From assembly GCA_964291405.2 (NCBI GenBank), contig OZ219926.1, positions 4,800,001 to 4,864,000 on the forward strand: a stretch of 64,000 bases of DNA. Direction: 5' to 3'. The notes beneath the pieces are model-generated. The model ran no database searches. It worked only from the letters and a program-made list of their open reading frames with translations, and had not been told where the DNA came from. Positions 35,628-46,129 of this stretch are shown piece by piece. Source of the DNA: Thermodesulfobacteriota bacterium. Lineage in GTDB: Bacteria; Desulfobacterota; Binatia; Bin18. The translations under genes were made by a program, and so were the position numbers. How positions within the stretch are numbered: position 1 is the stretch's first letter; every line of letters begins with the position of its first letter.

Positions 35628-37976
35628 ATGAGTGCAGTGCAGGTTGATCCATCCATTTCCAAGCTTCCGATTGAAACCAATGCCAAGGACCAGGCGACCG
35701 TCTGTGTGCTGTGCAGTCACAACTGTGGCCTGACGGTTGATATCAACGAGGGGCATATCGAAAACATCCGGGCCGATGCCTCCAACCCGATCTCGCACGG
35801 CTATATCTGTAACAAAGGCTTCAGCGTTGACCATTATGTCAACCATGCCCAGCGGCTCAGCCATCCGCTCAAGCGCAAGCCGGACGGTGGGTTTGAACAG
35901 ATCGGTTGGGACCAGGCGATCGCCGAAATATCCGAGCGGCTCACTATGATTATTGCTCAGCATTCCCCGCGTGCCTGTGGCCTGGTTGGCATTGGCGGCC
36001 AGGCCAACCATCTGGACGCGCCATACGGCGTTACCTTTCTCTCCCTGATGAAATCCCGCCGCTTCTTTAACTCGCTGGCCCAGGAGAAGAGCCAGCACTG
36101 GCTGGTCGAAAAATGGATGCTGGACAGCTCGTCCGGCACCACGCTGCATCCCGACCACGACCACGCCGACTTTCTGCTGGTCATGGGCACCAACCCGCAC
36201 ATCAGCAATCGCGGTCATAATCCCACCGACGCCCTGAAAAGTCTGGCCCGCAACGAAAACCGGACCATGGTGGTGGTGGACCCGCGCATTACCGAAACCA
36301 GCCGTCAGGCCGACCGTCACCTCAGGGTCCGGCCCGGCACGGACGTCTATCTGCTCCTGGCCATGCTTAAGGTCATTGTCGAACAGGACCTCGGAGACGC
36401 CGAGTTTATCGCTAATAAAACGCTCGGCTACCAGGAACTCAAAGCCCAACTGGCGGATGTAGACATCGCCGACATGGCCCAGCGCTGCGGCCTTGAAGTC
36501 GCTGACGTCGTGGCCACGGCCACCGAATACGCCAGCGCCAAGAGCGCCGCGCTATTGTGGGACCTCGGGGTGGAGATGACGCTGTTCTCAACCCTGAACT
36601 CCTATCTGATTCATCTGCTGATTGCCCTGACCGGCAATATGGGTCGCCGGGGAGGTAATGTCTTCACCTCGAATTTGAACCCGCCAACGCCGGACAATCG
36701 GCGTCACGCCGAGCCTGAGCGCGCCCTGGCTTCCGGCATTAGTGCGGTCTCGGCCCTGACCCGGCTGGGCATCTTCTCGCCGGTGCTGGTGCCCGAAGAA
36801 ATCCAGCACGACCATCCTGAACGGCTACGAGCGCTGATCGTGGAAGGCTCCAACCCACTCTTATCTTTTCCCGATACGCAGCGCTGGCTGGAGGCGCGTG
36901 AACAACTCGATTTGCTGGTCGTGATCGAACCGACCATGACCGAGACGGCCCTGGTGGCCGACTATATTCTGCCGACCCCAACCGGTTACGAAAAATGGGA
37001 GATGGCCAGTTTTCCGCGCGGCTATCCGCGCGTCCAGACGCAGTTGCGCCCGCCCATCCTGCCCGCGCCGGGCGAAGCCCTGCCCGAAGGCGAAATCTAT
37101 AATCGGCTGGCCGAGGCCATGGGCCTGGTTCCCGAGCCGCCCCAGGAACTCTACGATCTGGCGAAAGACGCGCATCAACCCGCAGGGGCCGCGGCCTATC
37201 TGAAGGCGCTTCAGACCGCAGCAAAGGCCGCGAAGTTCTCGGCTCCCCTCTACTGGGCTTACCGCACCCTGGGTCCCCAGCTCGATTCGCCGGTTCTCTC
37301 CAGCGTCTGGTTCCAGGCCGTGATGAACGGGGTTATCCGCAAGGACGCGGTCGTGCGCGTCCTTGGGCCGGAATGGCAGGACAAGGATACCTTTGAAGTC
37401 GGTATCGAGCTGTTCCGGCGTCTGCTGGCCCATCCCGAGGGGATCGAGGTGGCCGAGCTTGACATGGACGCCAACCTTGACGAACGGATCGGTTTTGAGG
37501 ACGGAAAAATCCGTCTCATGCCCGAAGAAATCGTAGCTGAGTTGGGCCGTGCCGTCTCAACCAGACCGGCCGAAGACCCGGACTATCCCTTTGTGCTGGC
37601 CTCCGGCCTGCGCACCCGCTGGACCGCCAACACCATTCAGCGCGACCCGAGCTGGCGCAAGGGTCGCGGCCCGCACTGCGCCTTGAACCTCTCTCCCGGA
37701 GATGCCCAACGCATGGGGGTGATCGACGGCGACACGGTTCGGCTGCGCACCCGACGGGGACAGGTCGAGCTGCCGGCCGTTGTGGACAAAAAGCTGATGG
37801 AGGGCCATGTCTGGATGCCGAACGGTTTCGGCATGATCTACCCGACGGAGGGCAATGGCGCGAACGCGGACCTGAACGGCGTCAATATGAACGCCTACAC
37901 GGATACGGCCGCCCGCGACCCCTTTACCGGCTGCCCCTATCACCGCTTCGTGCCGTGTCAGATTGAACGCGTGTAA
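35628..37976 (+). CDS. molybdopterin-dependent oxidoreductase
   Basis: CVLCSHNCG...C Fe-S motif, VVDPRITETS, ADYILP and a C-terminal dinucleotide-binding domain. Confidence 0.92.
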   Translation: MSAVQVDPSISKLPIETNAKDQATVCVLCSHNCGLTVDINEGHIENIRADASNPISHGYICNKGFSVDHYVNHAQRLSHPLKRKPDGGFEQIGWDQAIAEISERLTMIIAQHSPRACGLVGIGGQANHLDAPYGVTFLSLMKSRRFFNSLAQEKSQHWLVEKWMLDSSSGTTLHPDHDHADFLLVMGTNPHISNRGHNPTDALKSLARNENRTMVVVDPRITETSRQADRHLRVRPGTDVYLLLAMLKVIVEQDLGDAEFIANKTLGYQELKAQLADVDIADMAQRCGLEVADVVATATEYASAKSAALLWDLGVEMTLFSTLNSYLIHLLIALTGNMGRRGGNVFTSNLNPPTPDNRRHAEPERALASGISAVSALTRLGIFSPVLVPEEIQHDHPERLRALIVEGSNPLLSFPDTQRWLEAREQLDLLVVIEPTMTETALVADYILPTPTGYEKWEMASFPRGYPRVQTQLRPPILPAPGEALPEGEIYNRLAEAMGLVPEPPQELYDLAKDAHQPAGAAAYLKALQTAAKAAKFSAPLYWAYRTLGPQLDSPVLSSVWFQAVMNGVIRKDAVVRVLGPEWQDKDTFEVGIELFRRLLAHPEGIEVAELDMDANLDERIGFEDGKIRLMPEEIVAELGRAVSTRPAEDPDYPFVLASGLRTRWTANTIQRDPSWRKGRGPHCALNLSPGDAQRMGVIDGDTVRLRTRRGQVELPAVVDKKLMEGHVWMPNGFGMIYPTEGNGANADLNGVNMNAYTDTAARDPFTGCPYHRFVPCQIERV

Positions 37977-38024
37977 GATTCGGCACAAGAGCCCATATTA
38001 TCCACAGATGAATGGGAGGTCCTT

Positions 38025-38408
38025 ATGGCTATACAAGCTGAGACCCGGCCGCCGGTTGCCATCGGTCATGCCACGCTGCGGGTGACCGATCTCACACGGG
38101 CAACCGAGTATTTTGTCTCATTGGGGATGCGCTTTATTCATCAATCGGACACGATTGCCGTGCTGGAATTGCGGGGTGGCACGCACGTCGTGTTGCGCCC
38201 CACCGACGACCCCATCCCTCCTCGGACAAAAGCTCCTTTTGATCTGATGGTCGATGATGTCGAGGCGACCAGACAAGCGTATATGGATATGGGCCTACAG
38301 CCGTCAGAAATCGAATCGGGCACTGTCCATCGCTGGTTTACGCTCGTTGGGCCGGACACTTACGAGTTGACCATCACTTCATCGCACGCGGGAAAACGGG
38401 CGGTGTAA
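38025..38408 (+). CDS. VOC/glyoxalase family protein
   Basis: IGHATLRVTDL, LELRGGTH and DLMVDDVEA motifs. Confidence 0.8.
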   Translation: MAIQAETRPPVAIGHATLRVTDLTRATEYFVSLGMRFIHQSDTIAVLELRGGTHVVLRPTDDPIPPRTKAPFDLMVDDVEATRQAYMDMGLQPSEIESGTVHRWFTLVGPDTYELTITSSHAGKRAV

Positions 38409-38434
38409 ATCAAGCCTGACGATGGAGAGGACCC

Positions 38435-39406
38435 ATGCAGCAGCGTGTCCTGGGCAAAACCGGCTTTTCCGTCTCGGCCATCACCTTGGGTGGGGGCGGG
38501 ATTGGGATGGTATGGGGGGCAACGACCGAAGACGAGTGCATCGAGACGGTCAAGTACGCCGTGGCCAGCGGGATCAATATCATTGATGTTGCTCCCGTGT
38601 ACGGAAAGGGGAAGGCCGAGGAGGTCGTTGGAACGGCCTGGCCCGACCTGGCCACCAAGCCGCTGCTTGCAACCAAAGTCTTGATTCGTCCCCGTGAGCG
38701 GAGCGATCTGTCCGGAGCCATTCGACGCTCTCTGGAGGGCAGCCTCACCCGTTTAGGGCGCGAACAGATCGACATATTCCAACTGCACAACCAGATTGAA
38801 CCCCGGGAGCCGGTCTCTCCGCTGCGACTGACCTTGCAAGAGGTGGTTGGAACCGGTGGGGTGCTTGAGACCATGCAGCGGCTCAAGGAAGAAGGTCTTG
38901 TCCGAGAGATCGGGTTTACCGGTATTGCGCGCCACGATGTGGTGAGGGAACTCTTTACCGATGGTCGGCTGGCGACGGTTCAACTCGTGACCAATATCCT
39001 CAATTCAGAAGGAGAGATGGGGGTCGCAGAGGATGGGACATACCGAGATCATCTGGAAATGGTCGCCCTGGCGCGGTCCGCGCAGTGCGGCATATTTGGC
39101 ATCCGGCCCTTTGCGGCCGGTTCTCTGACCGAGGCCGTTGATCGCTCGCTCCCTGCGGATCATCCCGTGGCCGTAGACTTCGCTTTCGGGCAGCGGCATT
39201 TAGGCTTTCTGACTGCCGCGACCGGCTCTTCCCTTGCCGTCGTAGCCATGCGCTACGCGTTAAGTTTACCTGGGGTGAGTACGGTCGTCACCGGAGCCAA
39301 GAACCGGGCCGAACTCGATGACGCGATAGTCGCCGCACAAGCAGGGCCACTCCCGTCCGCTCTCATGAAACGCATTGCGACCCTCCAACAGACCCGCACG
39401 CCGTAA
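38435..39406 (+). CDS. aldo/keto reductase
   Basis: RVLGKTG, IDVAPVYG, SLTRLG...IDIFQLHN motifs. Confidence 0.92.
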   Translation: MQQRVLGKTGFSVSAITLGGGGIGMVWGATTEDECIETVKYAVASGINIIDVAPVYGKGKAEEVVGTAWPDLATKPLLATKVLIRPRERSDLSGAIRRSLEGSLTRLGREQIDIFQLHNQIEPREPVSPLRLTLQEVVGTGGVLETMQRLKEEGLVREIGFTGIARHDVVRELFTDGRLATVQLVTNILNSEGEMGVAEDGTYRDHLEMVALARSAQCGIFGIRPFAAGSLTEAVDRSLPADHPVAVDFAFGQRHLGFLTAATGSSLAVVAMRYALSLPGVSTVVTGAKNRAELDDAIVAAQAGPLPSALMKRIATLQQTRTP

Positions 39407-39426
39407 GAGAAAGGGGCCTCGTACTC

Positions 39427-39921
39427 ATGAGCACCACGCACTCTGACGACCTGCCTAGCATTGCCGGCGTGCTCGCCCCGGTTGTGGCCCGCTTTTCGCG
39501 CCAACAGCAGAAACTTCTCATTGCCTGGGCCGAACGCCAGGCCGCCGAGAGGTATCAAAGCTGGGCCGAACAGGTCGGCGGTGCGGAGCGTGCCGGCTTC
39601 CTCGGGTGTGCCGCGCGGGAGGAAGATATTGCGACCCGGATTGAAGCCCTCGACCCGGACGCAGCCGCCATCCAGCAGCAACTCCTGGCCGAGCTGCCCG
39701 ACCTGGAGGCCCAAGTCCTGGAGGTCTATGCCGACCGCTCGCTCGAAGAGCAGTGGGAGATCCAGCGCCGGGGCGAGCGGGCCGGGAAAAAAACCTGGGA
39801 GGCTTTCGCCGCCGCGGAGGGTGATCCGCGGACCCATGCCGTGCTGCTGGCCTGCGCCGCGCTGGAAGACGAAAACGCGAGTTTTCTGCGTAGCGTCTTA
39901 GAGAAGCGGGGAGGGTGGTAG
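39427..39921 (+). CDS. hypothetical protein, possibly a ferritin-like four-helix bundle
   Basis: Paired AERQAAERY/REE and GERAG/LEDENA helical motifs. Confidence 0.6.
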   Translation: MSTTHSDDLPSIAGVLAPVVARFSRQQQKLLIAWAERQAAERYQSWAEQVGGAERAGFLGCAAREEDIATRIEALDPDAAAIQQQLLAELPDLEAQVLEVYADRSLEEQWEIQRRGERAGKKTWEAFAAAEGDPRTHAVLLACAALEDENASFLRSVLEKRGGW

Positions 39922-39924
39922 GAC

Positions 39925-40692
39925 CTAGTCCCGCTCTATATCAACCTCGTCCGCATGAAAGTGCGGCATGTCCAGAACGCCGCGCTCTTTGATAAAATCC
40001 CAAAAGGTATCCGGGTGCTTCTGCATGCCCTCATAGTAGTGGTCCAGCGGCTGGGTATACTCGTAGAGACGCCGCAGTTGGCTCACCGCATGCGGATGGT
40101 AGTCCACTCGCAGGTCAACCTTGGGATACGGATTTTTCCCGTCGGCCACAAAAACGGCGCATGACAGCTCGCCCCAGTGCTTGCCCGTTCTGACATCGCC
40201 CTGTCCACCCGCATCCCGGCCCGCCTCAAGGGCGCGGACAATCCGCTCGCCCAAAGGCTGACCCGCACTCTCTCGCATCGAGGCGGCCATGCCCTCAACG
40301 GTCTTGCTGCTGGCCAGGGCATTCCCGGACACGGCCCACTGGCCCTCCACAATATGGCCGGCGTACTCAAACGCCTTGTCGCCGGTATGCACCCAAAGGT
40401 CGCCGGCGACGGTGAGCACACTATACTGGCGGTAGCTGAAATACGGGTCCGTTTTCGGCAGCTCTGCCTTGAGTTGTTCCAGGCCATAGCCCTGCTCAAG
40501 CAGCCGAAACGTGTCATACGCCAACTGCCGATTGGCATATGAATGGGGCAGGACTACGGCTCCGCTCTCCTGGAAGGTCGGCAGCAGGCCGCTGACGACC
40601 GGGCTCACACGACCGACATTGACCGAAAAGGTTGTCAGTCCGGCTCCGATGGCTCCGGTTTCCGGGCATTTCCCGATAACGGCAAAGGTCAT
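39925..40692 (-). CDS. DUF1028 (Ntn-hydrolase-like) protein
   Basis: MTFAVIGKCPETGAIG, SGNAL, ALEAGRDAGG and VDLRVD motifs. Confidence 0.85.
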   Translation of the reverse strand: MTFAVIGKCPETGAIGAGLTTFSVNVGRVSPVVSGLLPTFQESGAVVLPHSYANRQLAYDTFRLLEQGYGLEQLKAELPKTDPYFSYRQYSVLTVAGDLWVHTGDKAFEYAGHIVEGQWAVSGNALASSKTVEGMAASMRESAGQPLGERIVRALEAGRDAGGQGDVRTGKHWGELSCAVFVADGKNPYPKVDLRVDYHPHAVSQLRRLYEYTQPLDHYYEGMQKHPDTFWDFIKERGVLDMPHFHADEVDIERD

Positions 40693-40851
40693 ATCTGTCT
40701 CCTCTCGCTCTTCTCGATCAGGTGATTAAGGGTGGCTCGCCGACCGATCCTAGTCCTTTTTTTTATGCGGTAACAGAGATGTCTTCTTCATTGCCGGGGG
40801 AGGCTGTGCTACAGCTCTCACCATACAGACGGACTCTGGAGGGGGGCGGTC

Positions 40852-41592
40852 ATGACTCGGAAGACTCCGCGGCTACTCGTCTTTCAACATCTCAACGTCG
40901 AACATCCCGGTGTCTTCCGGGATTTCATGCGGGAAGACGGCATTGAATGGCAGGCGGTCGAACTCGACCGGGGTGAGCCTATCCCCGACTTAAGTGACTA
41001 TGACGGGCTGTGGGTGATGGGTGGGCCCATGGATGTCTGGGAAGAGGAGCAATACCCCTGGCTGAAGGCGGAGAAAGCAGCTATCCGCGAGGCCGTCGTA
41101 GACCGGCAGATGCCTTTTCTGGGAGTCTGTCTCGGCCATCAACTGCTGGCGGATGCGCTTGGCGGTCGGGTGGGGCCGGCTGCTGCCCCGGAGGTTGGCA
41201 TATATGAAGTCGAGAAAACCGCGGCCGGCGAAAAGAGTCCGTTTCTGCTGGGTCTGCCCGGCACGATGAAATGCCTCCAGTGGCACGCCGCCGAAGTGCA
41301 GCAGCCCCCTGACGGTGGATCCATCTTGGCGACGAATGCCGCGTGTGCCATCCAGAGCCTGTCGTTTGGCGAAAAGGCGCTCAGCACCCAGTATCATACG
41401 GAAATATCTGCCGTGACGGTCGCCGAATGGGCCAGTATTCCTACCTATCGCGCCGCGCTGGAAAAAATACTCGGCCCTGATGCGCTCTCTCGGTTTGAAG
41501 CCGAGACCAATCAACATCTCACGCTCCTGAGCCAATCCGCCCGTCGCCTGTTTGACAACTGGAAAATGATCGCGTTTGGGGCGTTCGAGTAA
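40852..41592 (+). CDS. type 1 glutamine amidotransferase (GMP synthase-like)
   Basis: VMGGPMDVWEE, LGVCLGHQLLA and QYHTE catalytic motifs. Confidence 0.9.
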   Translation: MTRKTPRLLVFQHLNVEHPGVFRDFMREDGIEWQAVELDRGEPIPDLSDYDGLWVMGGPMDVWEEEQYPWLKAEKAAIREAVVDRQMPFLGVCLGHQLLADALGGRVGPAAAPEVGIYEVEKTAAGEKSPFLLGLPGTMKCLQWHAAEVQQPPDGGSILATNAACAIQSLSFGEKALSTQYHTEISAVTVAEWASIPTYRAALEKILGPDALSRFEAETNQHLTLLSQSARRLFDNWKMIAFGAFE

Positions 41593-41656
41593 GGTGGCGA
41601 GGTGAAGCCGCCCTTCGGTGCACTGTTTTATAGGGACGCGTGAAAGGAGACCGGAT

Positions 41657-43366
41657 ATGGCAATCCGTCAACGACGAGCTCCTGCAGACACGGTCCTGCT
41701 TAACGGGACCATTTTGACTGTTGACGAGGCGTTCAGCCGGGCCAAGGCAGTTGCGATGTCCGGGGGCAGGTTTGTGGCTATTGGCAAGAACGCCAAGGTG
41801 AAGAAGCTGATCGGTCCTGACACAAGAGTCCTTGATTTGGAAGGGAGAACCGTAGTCCCTGGCTTTATTGATACCCATGGGCATATCGGCCTATTTGGCT
41901 TAGAGACCCTGGCTGTTTCCCTGGCCGGCGCTCGGTCGATTCCCGAGATACAGCAACGTATAGCCGGCCGGGCAAGGGAGACTCCCCCTGGCCAATGGAT
42001 TGTGACCCTGCCGGTTGGAGATCCTCCATACTTTTTCAACGTTCCGCACATTCTCCAGGAAAATCGCTTTCCTCATCGCTGGGACCTCGACCCCGTCTCC
42101 CCAGATCACCCGGTCTATATTACTGCGCCGACTAATCGGGTTCCTAATGCGGCCGTGCTGAATAGTCAGGCCCTCTCTTTAGCCGGTATTACGAAGGACA
42201 CGCCGCAACCAGAGCATATAGAAATCGTCAAAGACCCTGACTCGGGCGAACCGACGGGAGAGTTGCGTGGCGCCCTGCAGCCGATTTACAATCCGAATCC
42301 CTTCTTTGTCGAACTGACCAAACTGATTCCTCATCCAACCTACGCGCACGTACGCGAGGGTATCAAAAGACTCGCGCCAGATTTCCTTGCTGGTGGCACA
42401 ACAACGTTACTAGAGGCGCATTTAAATTCTCCGGAGGAGCTTCGAGCCTACGCTCAGCTTCAGGCGCAAGGCGAGCTTCCCCTGCGGATATTCTATACCT
42501 ATGAAATTGACCCACGTCAGTCGCTTGAAACGATTGCCGATTATCTGCGGACGGTGAGCTTTGCCGCGGGCCGTGGCTTTGGGACAGACCAGCTTAAGGT
42601 CGTTGGTGTGAGTATTGGGCTCGACGGCCCCTATTGGCACGGGGCTGCGGTGAACGATGCCCCCTATACCGGCCCCTTTGGTCAGAAGGTAGCTCCGGAA
42701 CCTCTGGTACCGTGGGAAAAATATGCTGCGATTCTGCGCCTGGCGGCGGAGTTCGACCTCAGGGTACACGCCGAAGCCGCAGGTCGAGGTTCGATTGAGA
42801 TAGCGCTCCGTGCCATGGGTGAAGCCCATGCGGTGACGCCGATTCATGACAAACGTTGGGTCATCGAGCATGTGGAATTTCCCACCCAGGAGCAGATTGC
42901 GCAATGTCGGCAGCTTGGCGTGGTTCCTACGACAGCAACAAATTTCATTTGGGGGAAAGGAGCAGAAGTCTATAAGGACCGCCTCGGGCCTCGCTATGTC
43001 AAAGATGCGATTCCTCTGCGGTGGTGGCTCGATGCGGGTGTACCCGTGAGCCAAAGTACGGACTGGGGGCCGCGCGGGGCACTGTTCACGCTCTGGCAGT
43101 CAATGGCTCGGCAAGCTGGATTAACCGGCGAAGTCATTGGCCCAGCTCAGCGCATCTCACGTGAAGAGGCGCTCAGGATTTTTACCAATAACGGAGCGTA
43201 TGCCTTATGGATGGAAGATGAGCTAGGCTCCATAGAGGTTGGTAAACTTGCCGACTGTGTGGTGCTTTCCGACAATCCTCTCAAAGGCAAACGTGATGCC
43301 ATTCGAGATATACAGGTCGATCTCACTATAGTAGGGGGGAATGTCGTCCACGGAGAACGCTTTTAG
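41657..43366 (+). CDS. amidohydrolase (YtcJ-like)
   Basis: VPGFIDTHGH, RWVIEHVE and GSIEVGKLAD motifs; start moved to 41657. Confidence 0.9.
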   Translation: MAIRQRRAPADTVLLNGTILTVDEAFSRAKAVAMSGGRFVAIGKNAKVKKLIGPDTRVLDLEGRTVVPGFIDTHGHIGLFGLETLAVSLAGARSIPEIQQRIAGRARETPPGQWIVTLPVGDPPYFFNVPHILQENRFPHRWDLDPVSPDHPVYITAPTNRVPNAAVLNSQALSLAGITKDTPQPEHIEIVKDPDSGEPTGELRGALQPIYNPNPFFVELTKLIPHPTYAHVREGIKRLAPDFLAGGTTTLLEAHLNSPEELRAYAQLQAQGELPLRIFYTYEIDPRQSLETIADYLRTVSFAAGRGFGTDQLKVVGVSIGLDGPYWHGAAVNDAPYTGPFGQKVAPEPLVPWEKYAAILRLAAEFDLRVHAEAAGRGSIEIALRAMGEAHAVTPIHDKRWVIEHVEFPTQEQIAQCRQLGVVPTTATNFIWGKGAEVYKDRLGPRYVKDAIPLRWWLDAGVPVSQSTDWGPRGALFTLWQSMARQAGLTGEVIGPAQRISREEALRIFTNNGAYALWMEDELGSIEVGKLADCVVLSDNPLKGKRDAIRDIQVDLTIVGGNVVHGERF

Positions 43367-44514
43367 ACCTCTAAAAACGTAAAGATACTGTTCCTGATGG
43401 CACGGTCGTTCAATACCTGAGAATGCGCGGCCCGACTGTCACATTCCGTCACTGCTGCTAGCGCGTGCATATAGGCCGAGGGCAGTTGGGCTGACTGAAC
43501 GCTGACTGTCTCGTCTCCGTCTTCAAACAGCGCTCGGTAGGGTTGTTGTGGCAGATACTTGGAGAGCTCGTCTCTATGAAAGAGCAAGGTCGGAGCGGGC
43601 TCAGCGTCGAGCAGTACCGCCCTCGCAAGCGTAGGATGCGACCTGGCAAAGACGTACAGCATCTGCGTCGACAGTTGTGGCGAGTGCCTGAGAGGGGCAT
43701 GGAGTCGTCCATACAGGTGCTTGCCTGTGTGTAACGCCGTTGTCACCAGTGCCAATCTTTTCTGTCGAGTCTGTTCCGACACGCACGTTGCCGTATCCAA
43801 GAAACCCCAGCCATACCGCTCCCACAGGTCGCTCTCATACAGCGTATGGGGGAGGGGGGTGAGACCGTCATCGAGAAGAACCGGCGCATACGTAGGCATC
43901 ATCTCATAGACCGATGGAAAAGTCGCAAACGCCTGGGCCTTTATCAGCGTGGTGTTGAGACCAAAGCGAGCGCCGTGTTTCATATTGTGGAAGGCGGTCA
44001 TGGACCCTTTGAAGGGCACGGTCGCGAGCACGACCTTGTCTACATGGCCTGCTCCTTCCCAGGTTTCGACGGCCTCTTCGGGAGCCTGGGACCCATAGCG
44101 CAAGTAATAGCTGGTAATGAGCCCGCCCATGCTATGGGCGATAATGGTAATTGACGTAGCACCCCGGTGTTTCAACTCGGAGACCAGACGGGCCAGTTGT
44201 TTTACTGCTGCAAAATAGTCCTCGCGCCAATCGTAGGCGAAGAGATGGATTCGGGGGCGCGTTCCGAGTCGGGCTCGAAGTTTGCCGAGAAATGCGGCGT
44301 ACACATCCTTGCTGTAGATGCCAGGGATGACGGGAATGCAGTCCAATATCGTATCGGGAACGAGGGCTCTTTCCCCGGCTACCCCAAATCCGGTGCGTGC
44401 CGCTGTCTTTGAACCGAACAAGGCCTGCCAGGCCGAGAGCCAGACGATTTTCCGGTCACTGGTTTGGACGAGTCGCGTTCCGTAAAAGCCTGGGATAAAG
44501 ATGAGGTGCTGCAT
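43363..44514 (-). CDS. alpha/beta hydrolase, lipase/LCAT-like acyltransferase
   Basis: IFIPGFYGT, YDWR, AHSMGG, GDETV and AHSQ motifs. Confidence 0.85.
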   Translation of the reverse strand: MQHLIFIPGFYGTRLVQTSDRKIVWLSAWQALFGSKTAARTGFGVAGERALVPDTILDCIPVIPGIYSKDVYAAFLGKLRARLGTRPRIHLFAYDWREDYFAAVKQLARLVSELKHRGATSITIIAHSMGGLITSYYLRYGSQAPEEAVETWEGAGHVDKVVLATVPFKGSMTAFHNMKHGARFGLNTTLIKAQAFATFPSVYEMMPTYAPVLLDDGLTPLPHTLYESDLWERYGWGFLDTATCVSEQTRQKRLALVTTALHTGKHLYGRLHAPLRHSPQLSTQMLYVFARSHPTLARAVLLDAEPAPTLLFHRDELSKYLPQQPYRALFEDGDETVSVQSAQLPSAYMHALAAVTECDSRAAHSQVLNDRAIRNSIFTFLEV

Positions 44515-44607
44515 ATCCGTAGTGCACCGTGTGAACGGCCTTTGGCCCGTGATACTACGTGGTGGTGAGGCGAGAGCCAAGCGCCAGAGTGTAGCCCCCT
44601 ATCGACC

Positions 44608-45948
44608 ATGTCCATACCAGCCATTGACGCCTGGAGCGTGTTTATTGATCTGGGCTGTGTCTCGGTTTTGATCTTAATCGGATTTGCCGTTCGGACTGCG
44701 TCCGTGTGGATGCAGCGGCTGTTTCTTCCCACCAGTGTCATCGCCGGGTGTGGCGGTTTGGTGTGTGGGCCGAACGGGCTCGATATTCTGCCGTTTTCGA
44801 GCTTGCTGCCGCAATATCCCAGCGTTCTGATTACGCTGGTGTTTGCCGCTTTGCCGTTCACCTCCCGGTCTGTCAGCCAGGAGACCGGTTCGCGACGCGC
44901 AGTCGAGATCGGGTCGTATTCGGCCGCTATCGTCCTGCTGCAATGGGGGCTGGGTGTGCTGTTTGGCCTGACCGTGCTGGCATTTGTCTGGCCGGATTTG
45001 CCGCGCGGATTCGGAACCATACTTGCCAGCGGGTTTGTCGGCGGACACGGCACCGCCGCGGCGCTGGGCACGGCATTTAACAGCCTGGGTGAACAAAGCT
45101 GGTCCGAGGCCGGCGCCTTAGCCATGACCTCGGCCACCGTCGGCATTCTAAGTGCGGTGGTCGGCGGTATGTTGTGGGTACAGTGGGCGGCCCGAAACGG
45201 CACGACCCGGTTCCTGGCCCGATTTGACGACCTGCCCGACGAACTGCGCACCGGTCGTGTCCCCGACAACCGGCGCAGCCCGCTCGGCTACGAAACCCTC
45301 TCACCCCTGGCGCTCGACCCGTTGATCTTCCATGTCGCGCTCGTTGTTACAGCGGCTTTTGGTGGCTACCTGCTCACCGGTCTGAGCAGTGTATATCTGG
45401 GCGAGTATCGACCGCCGAGTTTCTGTCTGGCGTTCGTGTGCGGCTTTGGTCTCAAACACCTGTGTACTCGCCTGCGGTTTGCAGACACGGTTGACCGCAC
45501 GGTCATGCTACGGCTGAGCGGTGCGCTCACCGACGTGCTGGTCGTATGCGGTATTGCCGCGGTCAGTCTTGAGGTCGTGGCCCGCCACGCCCTACCGCTG
45601 CTGGCGCTGTTTGTCTTTGGCCTGGCGCTGTGCTGGACGGTGTTCTATGTCGGTGGCCCACGTATCTTCCGTGACCTCTGGTTTGAAAAGGCGCTGTTCA
45701 CCTGGGGCTGGGTGACCGGTGTGATGGCTATCGCCCTGGCGCTGCTGCGCGTGGTCGACCCGCGTGACGAGTCGGAGATTCTGGACCCGTTCGCTCGCGC
45801 CTATCTGTTCGTGGCGCCGCTGGAGGTCGGTCTGGTGTCGTTTGCGCCGCTGCTGATTGTGCAGGGCTTTGCCTGGAGCTTCGTCGGCGCGACCGTTCTT
45901 GCTGGCTTCGTCGCCTTGCTATGGGGTGGGTGGCGAAATGCGAGGTGA
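44608..45948 (+). CDS. gltS: sodium/glutamate symporter family
   Basis: LFLPTSVIAG and GFVGGHGTAAA motifs; multiple transmembrane segments. Confidence 0.8.
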   Translation: MSIPAIDAWSVFIDLGCVSVLILIGFAVRTASVWMQRLFLPTSVIAGCGGLVCGPNGLDILPFSSLLPQYPSVLITLVFAALPFTSRSVSQETGSRRAVEIGSYSAAIVLLQWGLGVLFGLTVLAFVWPDLPRGFGTILASGFVGGHGTAAALGTAFNSLGEQSWSEAGALAMTSATVGILSAVVGGMLWVQWAARNGTTRFLARFDDLPDELRTGRVPDNRRSPLGYETLSPLALDPLIFHVALVVTAAFGGYLLTGLSSVYLGEYRPPSFCLAFVCGFGLKHLCTRLRFADTVDRTVMLRLSGALTDVLVVCGIAAVSLEVVARHALPLLALFVFGLALCWTVFYVGGPRIFRDLWFEKALFTWGWVTGVMAIALALLRVVDPRDESEILDPFARAYLFVAPLEVGLVSFAPLLIVQGFAWSFVGATVLAGFVALLWGGWRNAR

Positions 45949-46010
45949 GGCGTGAGTCGATCTACCGCGCTTTAGGATAGTGACTCAGTTTCACATCTTC
46001 AGTAGAAGGA

Positions 46011-46097
46011 ACCCACCCCGGCCCTTCGGGCCACCCCTCCAAGGAGGGGATTTTTCCACTCCCTCTCCCTTGGAGGGAGAGGGCTGGGGTGAGGGGG
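46011..46097. repeat. REP-like GC-rich palindromic cluster between convergent genes
   Basis: CCCCTCCAAGGAGGGG and CCCTCTCCCTTGGAGGGAGAGGG hairpins followed by GGGGTGAGGG. Confidence 0.7.
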
Positions 46098-46129
46098 AAT
46101 ATGCAAACGGAAGCACTCCCCATACAGAC